Assembly: GCA_049317445.1 (NCBI GenBank)
Contig: JBMOIG010000023.1
Location: 1-43,493 of the forward strand
Length of the DNA stretch: 43,493 nucleotides
Reading direction: 5' to 3'
From: Myxococcota bacterium
GTDB taxonomy: Bacteria; Myxococcota_A; UBA9042
Shown: in pieces, positions 36,596 through 43,493 of the stretch
How the letters are laid out: every line of letters begins with the position of its first letter
Position numbering within the stretch: the first letter of the stretch is position 1
Notes under the pieces: generated by a model
What the model was told of the DNA's origin: nothing
Database searches by the model: none
The model's input: the letters and a program-made list of their open reading frames with translations, nothing else
Position numbers and translations under genes: made by a program

Positions 36596-37964
36596 TTCGG
36601 CTCATGTCGTTGCTATGCCGACGGACCGCGAGGTACGTGTCCGCACGCTCTCGCATGATGTCGGAGACTGCGGGGTCCTGGAGCAGCATGTAGGCCATGT
36701 CTTCGGGGATCTCGATCGGACCCTGGCGGGGCACGTGCGTTCCCTTGGGCAGGACGATGATTCCCTTGTCGGTGATGAACGGGAAGCGCAGTCGGTCGGC
36801 CTCCTCGTCGTAGCCGATGGTCGTGCCCTCGGCGATGGTGACGTTGTGGTCCAGCAGTGCGTTGCGGATCCAGCAGTGGCGTCCGACGTTGCAGCGACCT
36901 GAGGTGACGGAGTTCTCGATGCTGGCGAAGCGGTGAAAGTAGCTGTCCACGCCGGCCACCACGTTGATCAGCATAGCGCCCGAGACGATGGCGCCCTCGC
37001 ACACCAAGCTGTCGACCACCTGCCCGAATTCACGCTGCTTTCCGGCCAAGACGAATTTGGCGGGCGGCAGGTTGTACTGCGCCGAGTGGATGGGCCATTG
37101 GCGGTTGTACAGGTTGAACGCCGGCAGCACTGCGCGCAGGTCCATGTTGGCGTCGAAGAAGCTGTCGAGCGTGCCCACGTCGCGCCAGTACGGTGCCGCG
37201 CCGGGGGCCTCGCCGGGAACCTTGTTGGTCGAGAAGTCATAGATGTAGACGCGGTAACCGTCGGCCACCATCTTGGGGATGATGTCTTTGCCGAAGTCGT
37301 GCTGCGAGTTGGGGTCTTCGCTGTCCTGAATCAGGAGGTCTTCCAGCACCTTGCGCTTGAAGAAGTAGTTGCCCATCGACACCAGACAAATGTCGGGCTT
37401 GCCGGGGATCGGGATCGCGTCCTCGACCTTGGGCTTCTCCTGAAAGCCAATGATGCGGCCGGTCTCATCGACCTGGATCACACCGAAGGCAGACGCCTCT
37501 GCCCGCGGCACCGGATAGGCGGCGATGGTCAGGTCGGAGTTGAGTTCGACGTGGTGCGCCTCCATCTGGTCGACCGCAATCTTGTAGATGTGGTCGCCGC
37601 CGAAGACCGCCACGTGGTCGGCGTGCTCGTCCTGGATCAGGTTCAGGTTTTGGTAGACCGAGTCGGCCGTGCCCACGTACCAGTGCTCGCCGCGCCGCAT
37701 CTGCGCCGGCACCGCATCGACGTGCTGGTCCAGCAGCCCCGACAGGTTCCAGTTGCGCGACAAGTGCGTGATCAGCGACGACGCCATGTACTGCGTCAGC
37801 ACCTTGATTCGGTAATAGCCCGAATTCACGAAGTTCGACAGGACGAAGTCGATGATGCGATAGCGTCCGCCGAACGGAACCGCGGGCTTGGCCCGGTGGG
37901 TTGTCAACGGGGCCAGACGGGATCCCTTGCCGCCTGCGAGGACCATCGCCAAGGTGCGGGCCAT
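36588..37964 (-). CDS. glgC: Glucose-1-phosphate adenylyltransferase
   Basis: MARTLAMVLAGGKGSRLAPLTTHRAKPAVPFGGRYRIIDFVLSNFVNSGY is the canonical GlgC N-terminus. ATG 37964 with AGGAGA upstream. Confidence 0.9.
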   Translation of the reverse strand: MARTLAMVLAGGKGSRLAPLTTHRAKPAVPFGGRYRIIDFVLSNFVNSGYYRIKVLTQYMASSLITHLSRNWNLSGLLDQHVDAVPAQMRRGEHWYVGTADSVYQNLNLIQDEHADHVAVFGGDHIYKIAVDQMEAHHVELNSDLTIAAYPVPRAEASAFGVIQVDETGRIIGFQEKPKVEDAIPIPGKPDICLVSMGNYFFKRKVLEDLLIQDSEDPNSQHDFGKDIIPKMVADGYRVYIYDFSTNKVPGEAPGAAPYWRDVGTLDSFFDANMDLRAVLPAFNLYNRQWPIHSAQYNLPPAKFVLAGKQREFGQVVDSLVCEGAIVSGAMLINVVAGVDSYFHRFASIENSVTSGRCNVGRHCWIRNALLDHNVTIAEGTTIGYDEEADRLRFPFITDKGIIVLPKGTHVPRQGPIEIPEDMAYMLLQDPAVSDIMRERADTYLAVRRHSNDMSRND

Positions 37965-38073
37965 GTTGCGGGGTCTCCTTTGGTCCAGATCGGGGCTGTC
38001 GGACCAACTGGGTTGGATGCGATGCCGGAGTGTGCCACGGCGCAACCGCAAGCGCCAACACCCGGGGAAACCC

Positions 38074-39153
38074 TCAGGTCAGCACGACGCCGCGGCCGTA
38101 CAGCGCGAGCAGATCCATCGTCAGTGCCACACCGTAGTGCACGGCCACGCCCAGCCAGACCGAGCGGTGCTTCAGCGCCAGATAGCCCAGCACCGACCCC
38201 GCCAGAATTGCGCCCAGCGTCTCGGGCAGCGGCTTGCCGAAGTGTGCGGTCACGTAGGGGATGATCATCAGCGCGATCGCATACATACCGAAGTCGCGCT
38301 CAGTGCCGAAGGTGAGGTAGCCGCGCCAGAACGACTCTCCCGACACGAACACGAACACGTAGGCAACCTGATACAGCACGAACTGCCACACCGGGATGGA
38401 AGCGGAGGACAAGAGATCGTGGCAGAGCGGGTACTTGCGCAGGAAAGCGGGCGTCCCGGCGGCGTGGATGACAAACGGCAGGACGATCAGGAATGCCGCG
38501 AGGTACAGGGGCCACAGGCGGTGCGGGGTCGAGGACGAGCCGCTGGACGGCAGGACGCCGAGGTCGCGGGGGCGTAACCCCAGAAACCGACGGGCAAACA
38601 GCAGGGGCAGTATCATGCGGAAGAACACGCCTGAGGCCGAGAAGTAGAAGAACGACCACAGCGGCGCCATCGGGAAGGTGGGGTCGACCCAGGGCTGGAA
38701 CCACCGCCGCCAGCTGTCCACGCGGCCCAGATACCAGAAGCCGCAGAAGCACAAAGCACCGGACACCAGCACAAGCCAGCTCTGCGGCGACACGCGCCTG
38801 AGCCACGCCGTGCCGTGGAACCACACGAGAATGCTGAAGCTTGCGGTGAAGGCGATCAGCAGGTGAACCGCCAGCCAGCGCTCGTCGTACAGGAAGCCCA
38901 GCTGGTACCGCGCCACCACCTGAACCACCAGACACGTCGCCATCAGCAGCAACGCCAAGGGGTTCGCGCGCAACGTGTCGGGCGTGAAAGCCGGCGTGGT
39001 GGGGGTCAGCAGCCAGGGCAGCCAGCCCTCGCGGGAAGCGATCGTGCGCTGGGCGGCTGGGCGGGAGATGGCGTGCCTCCTCGGGCGGCGGCTAGCGGGT
39101 CGCGGTGGTGTCGTCGGCCAGATCAGCCTCGGCATCCGTGCCTGCGGCATCAT
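38074..39153 (-). CDS. CPBP-family intramembrane metalloprotease (CAAX protease/Abi domain)
   Basis: Multi-TM protein with the CPBP motifs SGESFWRGY (EExxxR-like motif 1), FxxxH and HFGKP. The start is uncertain: the 5' 62 nt overlap the upstream small lipoprotein gene, and later in-frame starts are possible. Confidence 0.65.
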   Translation of the reverse strand: MMPQARMPRLIWPTTPPRPASRRPRRHAISRPAAQRTIASREGWLPWLLTPTTPAFTPDTLRANPLALLLMATCLVVQVVARYQLGFLYDERWLAVHLLIAFTASFSILVWFHGTAWLRRVSPQSWLVLVSGALCFCGFWYLGRVDSWRRWFQPWVDPTFPMAPLWSFFYFSASGVFFRMILPLLFARRFLGLRPRDLGVLPSSGSSSTPHRLWPLYLAAFLIVLPFVIHAAGTPAFLRKYPLCHDLLSSASIPVWQFVLYQVAYVFVFVSGESFWRGYLTFGTERDFGMYAIALMIIPYVTAHFGKPLPETLGAILAGSVLGYLALKHRSVWLGVAVHYGVALTMDLLALYGRGVVLT

Positions 39154-39433
39154 CGGCGTCAGCGGCCGTGTCGGTGGTGGTGTCGGCCGTCGAGTCCAGC
39201 GCGTCCTTGGTGTCGGTCGTCGTCACGTCGGGCACGATCTGGCTGGGGCACAGGCCGTCGCACGCCTCGCACAAGGAAGTCTTCAGGTTGCAGTAGTGGT
39301 TGCCATCGGCAGGGCACTGCGCGTTCTTGGTGCACGCCAGCTCAGGCGATTGGCGGGCGGGCTCGCAGGCAACCAGCAGCATCAGCAGCAGCGAGCCAGC
39401 CGAGAACAGGCGAAGGAAGGTAGCGAGCGGCAT
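39092..39433 (-). CDS. Small secreted Cys-rich lipoprotein (six Cys) with acidic Asp/Thr/Ala-rich C-terminal tail
   Basis: ATG 39433. Signal/lipobox MPLATFLRLFSAGSLLLMLLVAC. Mature core ACTKNAQCPADGNHYCNLKTSLCEACDGLCPS, then DVTTTDTKDALDSTADTTTDTAADADDAAGTDAEADLADD. Confidence 0.5.
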   Translation of the reverse strand: MPLATFLRLFSAGSLLLMLLVACEPARQSPELACTKNAQCPADGNHYCNLKTSLCEACDGLCPSQIVPDVTTTDTKDALDSTADTTTDTAADADDAAGTDAEADLADDTTATR

Positions 39434-39559
39434 CGGCGGACTCCTGATCGGCGGCGCGGCGTTGCGCGATGTCCCCATGTAGCGGAACCGTCGGGTCGGG
39501 GCAACCCCGGGACGGTCGCGAAGGCTTGCGCAGCACACGGACATGCAACGCAAGCCGTG

Positions 39560-41967
39560 TCAGGGGTATTTCCACTCCCCGCACTTTGCGCACAACAGGT
39601 ACCACCGCGATTTCTTTGCGCTCCACAGCACCATCATCGCGTGCCCGCACTTGCACGGCTCGACTGCGGGCTCAGGCGGCAGCTTGGCGGGGTCGGGTGG
39701 GTCGTTCCACGTGTCGCAGGCGTCGCAGCGCTGGTACCAACGGGTCTTCTTGGCGCTCCAAAGCTGACGCAGGACGCCCTTGCAGCGCTCGCACTTCACC
39801 AGTGGTGGGGCGGCGGGGCGGTCGGCGTGCGGGGTGTCGTCCTGGGGGCGGCCGCAGGTCAGACACTCAGGCGCGTGGTGGGGGCTGGTGCGGACCGGAC
39901 CGTCGCAGAATCGACAGGAGCTGCTCGGGGTTCCATCGTCCGTGGTCTCGTAGGAGAAGCCGCAGAAGTGGGGGCCGACGCCGCTGCAGCGGACCCAAGC
40001 GGGGCTGTGTGCACGGTGCAGGATCAGCGGACGCTTGCAGCGCGGGCAGTCGCCCATGCGTTGCGAGCTGGTGGGCGACGAGCCCAGATCGATTCGCTCG
40101 AGATCGGGGGGCTTGGCTTGGATGCGTGCCACCAGATCCTTCACAAAGTCCCGTACTTCAGTCATGAAGACATCGCGCTGGTGTTCGCCACGGCGGATCC
40201 GTTCCATCGCCGCTTCCCACTGCCCGGTCAGCAGCGGCGACTTCAAGGCGTCGACCTCGATGCTGCGGATGAGGGCAATACCCTTCTCCGTGGGGCGCAA
40301 CATCGTGTTCTTGCGTTCGGTTTTGCGCTCGACGTATTGCCGCTTGATCAGCGTCTCGATGATGTTGGCGCGGGTTGCCGGTGTCCCCAGGCCGCAGTCC
40401 TTCATCGCGCCGCGCAGGGACTCGTCGTCCAGATCGCGGCCGGCCGTTTGCATCGACCCCAGCAGATCGCCCTCCGTCATCGGCTTGGGGGGCGAGGTCT
40501 TGCCCGCCTTGGGGCCCACCGTCAGCGTCTCGACCGGTTCGCCCTTCTTCACCAGAGGCAACGCGGCGTCGGGCTTGCCTTCCTTGCCACCCGAGGCGGG
40601 CGGGTCGACGCGCGTCCAGCCCAGGTCCTTGACGACGGTGCCCAGGCTCTTGAAGGTCTCGATCCCCTTGGGATTTTCGACAGCGACGCGGGTAACCACG
40701 GTCGTCTTGGCCTCGACGCGGTCGGGAAACCACGCGGCCAGCAGCCGCCGGGCGATCAGGTCGTAGATCGCCGCCTCGTCGCCCATCAACCCTTGCGCCG
40801 ACTTTTCGGTCGGGACGAGCGCCGAGTGGTCCTCGACCTCCTTGTCGTCCACGAACCGCTTGGTCAGCTTGGGGGTTCCCATCGCCCGGACTTCGGCGGC
40901 AAAGCCCGCGTACTTGCCGTTCTGGCCGTCTGCCAGCGCTTGCAGCCACTGCGGCGCCTTGGCGGCATCGGCCTCGGTCAAGTGGCGGGAATTCGTTCGG
41001 GGGTACGAGATCAGCTTGGATTCATACAGCTTCTGCGCGATCTCCAAGGTCTTTTCTGCGGTCAGCCCCAAACGCTTGTTCCCCTCTTTCTGCAGGGCCG
41101 TCAGGTCGTACAACAGCTCGGGGCGCTTGCGTTCGTCCTTGGCCGTGACCGTGTGCACCGTTCCCGCACGGCCCTGAACGCGGTCAACGATCGCGCGTGC
41201 CTCGGCTTCGGTGTCCAGGCGGTCGATCTCTTTGCCCTCCGCCGTGCGGTACCACTTGCCCTCGTAGTCGCCTGCCTCCGCCCGGAAGGTTGCCAGCACC
41301 GTCCAGAAGTCTTTCGGCACGAAATCGCCGATCTCCAGCTCGCGCTGCACCAGCATCGCCAGCGTCGGTGTCTGCACCCGCCCGATCGAAAACACGCCCT
41401 CGAGGCCCACCGCGCGCGCCATCAGCGTCTGCGCCCGCGTGCAGTTCAGGCCGACCATCCAGTCCGCTTCCTGCCGACACCGCGCCGCATCCGTCAGTCC
41501 CTGATAGGCCGACTCGGGCTTCATCGCCTTCCACGCGTCCTGGATCGCCGCGTCCGTCAGGCTGGAAGTCCACAGACGTTTCACGGGCTTGCTGCACTCG
41601 GCCAGCGCATAGGCCAGGTGGAAGATCAGCTGCCCCTCGCGCCCGGCGTCCGTCGCGTTCACCACCTCGGTCACGTCGGGGTGCTGCAACCACTGGCGCA
41701 CTTCCTGCCATTGGTCCAGCGAAGAGGCGATCGGCTCGTAGCGGAACGTCTCGGGAAGAAAGGGCAAAGTCGCCAGCGTCCAGCGCTTCAGGTTCGGATC
41801 GTAGGCCTCAGGGCCCATCGCCTCGACCAGGTGGCCCACGCACCACGTGATGACCAGCTCGCCACCGCCCAGATGGTGCCGCCCCGTACCCTTGACCCCC
41901 AGCGCGGTGGCAATGGCGCGTCCCATCGAGGGCTTTTCGGCGATGACCAGACGCACGTGGGACTCCA
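39560..41967 (-). CDS. topB: DNA topoisomerase III (type IA) with C-terminal zinc-ribbon repeats
   Basis: ATG 41967 (MESHVRLVIAEKPSMGRAIATALG). Toprim, the catalytic-Tyr region (ISYPRTNSRHL) and four C4 Zn ribbons at the C-terminus (CPRCKRPL...C, CRFCDGPV...C, CERCKGVL...C, CKCGHAMM...C). The rest of the 1308-aa ORF upstream is antisense to the LysE/thioredoxin genes. Confidence 0.9.
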
Positions 41968-42223
41968 TGTGGGCAACAAGGGGGCCGAGGGTAGGGTCGG
42001 CAAGGGTCCGTCGGCAAGGGTTGCAGGACACGTGCCAAGCGTGCAGTGGCGCAACCCCAGACAATCCCTGCAAACCGTCGAATCCCCTGCGCAACCTGGG
42101 CGGTCTCGGGACCAGTCTCGAGAGCGGTCTCAGCCGTGCACACCCCTGACCACGACACTGCGCTGTGATTGGCCTATTCTCCCTGTCCTGACCGTCCATC
42201 GACGCAGGGAGCTCGCGCCAACC

Positions 42224-42868
42224 GTGATCGCCATCCTCTTGATCGGTTTCCTGTTCGGCTTCGTCGGGTCCATCCCGGTCGCGGGACCGATCTCTGCCTT
42301 GGTGCTGGGCCGGGCGCTGGACGCGCGCTACCGCGAGGGGTTGGCCATCGCCGCCGGTGCCGCGCTGGCCGAGTCGATCTACGCCGCGCTGGCTTTCTGG
42401 GGCTTGGGTGTGCTGCTGACCGCGCATCCGTGGCTCGATCCGGCGTCGCGGGTGGTGGCAGGTGCCGTGCTGCTGGCCTTGGGCGTCTTGTTCCTGCGGT
42501 ACCGGCCAAGCCCGCCGTCGTCCGAACCCGCGCCGACCGGGCGCAAGGCCCGCGGATTTCTGTTGGGGTTTGGGATCACCGCGCTGAACCCGACGCTGAT
42601 CGCCACCTGGACGGCGGCGACGGCCACACTTGCGTCGACGGGCTTTGTCGCCTTGAGCCCCAGCGGCGTCGGGCCGTTTGCGCTGGCGGCCTGCCTTGGC
42701 ATCCTCAGTTGGTTTGCCGTCATGCTGGCGACGATCCGGCATCTGGCGGGTGGCGTCGGAGGACGCAAGTTCCAGCGCTTGCTGCCGATTCTGGGTGCGG
42801 TCCTGGTCGTCGTCGGCGTCGTCGTGACGGTCAGCGCGGTGGCGCCCCTGGTTCATGCGTGGCGTTAG
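42224..42868 (+). CDS. LysE/RhtB-family amino-acid exporter
   Basis: VIAILLIGFLFGFVGSIPVAGPISALVLGRAL...ALNPTLIATW... gives a six-TM LysE-type translocator profile. Probable GTG start at 42224 with AGGGAG upstream. The long + ORF 38975..42868 is otherwise antisense to topB. Confidence 0.7.
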   Translation: MIAILLIGFLFGFVGSIPVAGPISALVLGRALDARYREGLAIAAGAALAESIYAALAFWGLGVLLTAHPWLDPASRVVAGAVLLALGVLFLRYRPSPPSSEPAPTGRKARGFLLGFGITALNPTLIATWTAATATLASTGFVALSPSGVGPFALAACLGILSWFAVMLATIRHLAGGVGGRKFQRLLPILGAVLVVVGVVVTVSAVAPLVHAWR

Positions 42869-43048
42869 CGGTCGCGGCGGTTGCTGTGCAAGGCCCACCT
42901 CCGACGGCCCACGCTTGACCTGTCCGTGACGCGGGTGCCACCTTGCTGGGCCGTGCAGACGGTCTTCCGGGGCACGTCCCGAATCCTTCCACGTCTGTCG
43001 CGGCTCCCACGCCCACGCCGCACGCCTTTGCGGTTCTGGCAGGTCCCC

Positions 43049-43441
43049 ATGGTCAAGGTCATCACCATCGTCTTGTTGGGCCTGCTGGGCGTCGTGTTGC
43101 TGATGCAGCTGGGCGTGCGGTTGCGGGCACGCGCTTTTCGCGGCAAGGCCGTGCCGAAGCTGCCCGGGGAAATCGGTCGCAAGGTCGCAGACTTGGACGT
43201 GGCGCTGCTGTACTTCTTCGGTCCGAATTGCGCCGCATGTCGCCCGCTGACCCCGCGGATCCGCGAGCTGGCGAACACGAATCCCGCCGTGCTGCTGGTC
43301 GATGTGAGTCGGGACTTGGGTGTCGCTCAGGCGCTGGGCGTCATGGCCACGCCGACGGTGGTCGAGGTTGGCGGTGGGCAGGTGCAGGGGTACTACGTGG
43401 GGATGCCGCCGCAGGCGATTCTGGAGCGGTTTCGACGCTAG
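43049..43441 (+). CDS. Membrane-anchored thioredoxin-family protein (CxxC)
   Basis: ATG 43049. N-terminal TM MVKVITIVLLGLLGVVLLMQL followed by a thioredoxin-like fold with FGPNCAACRPL (CxxC) and ...ATPTVVEV. Confidence 0.7.
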   Translation: MVKVITIVLLGLLGVVLLMQLGVRLRARAFRGKAVPKLPGEIGRKVADLDVALLYFFGPNCAACRPLTPRIRELANTNPAVLLVDVSRDLGVAQALGVMATPTVVEVGGGQVQGYYVGMPPQAILERFRR

Positions 43442-43493
43442 ACCGGGGCGGCTAACCTGCCGGCCGTTCGGTGGTCGCGATGGCATAGGGTTT

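Noticed and set aside
38975-42868. 1297-aa + strand ORF
   Set aside because: Almost entirely antisense to topB and the small lipoprotein/CPBP genes. Only its last ~215 codons (from GTG 42224) look like a real protein (LysE family).

Overview
High-GC (~70%) bacterial chromosomal window. The many lipoproteins, Ala/Asp/Thr-rich low-complexity linkers and the huge Cys-rich repeat protein suggest a myxobacterium-like (Myxococcota) organism, but this is inference only. The ORF track appears to print GTG/TTG starts as M, and because of the GC content it lists many long antisense or alternate-frame ORFs that I treat as spurious. Genes I can support, left to right: a C-terminal VOC/glyoxalase-like remnant; a Crp/Fnr regulator divergent from an SRPBCC protein; an NfeD-flotillin (YqiJ/YqiK-like) pair; a membrane-anchored hypothetical protein; and a MepA-like murein endopeptidase fused to a HEAT-repeat domain. 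A ~15.5 kb co-directional minus-strand cluster follows. It starts with a textbook cobalamin riboswitch leading a B12-uptake operon (BtuB-like TonB-dependent receptor, beta-propeller-like lipoprotein, BtuF-like binding protein, in-frame fused BtuC-BtuD). Next in the cluster are a VWA-domain Cys-rich lipoprotein and a 1356-aa secreted protein made of ~33 tandem six-cysteine repeats plus thrombospondin type-3 Ca-binding repeats. The cluster ends with a TPR-like lipoprotein and an MlaF/MlaE-like ABC pair that has no MCE component. The rest is a 584-aa internally repeated lipoprotein, a lipoprotein with a degenerate NlpC/P60-like domain, MutS2, an AAA+/TPR STAND-like ATPase, a YyaL thioredoxin-domain protein, a small hypothetical protein, a poly-G(11) tract, threonine aldolase, glgC-glgA, a CPBP intramembrane protease next to a small Cys-rich lipoprotein, topoisomerase III, a LysE-family exporter and a membrane-anchored thioredoxin. 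The best candidate for an undescribed system is the VWA / giant Cys-rich repeat / TPR-lipoprotein / MlaEF-like module. Other points of interest are the riboswitch-controlled B12 locus with its extra beta-propeller lipoprotein, the CPBP plus Cys-rich peptide pair, and the MepA-HEAT fusion.
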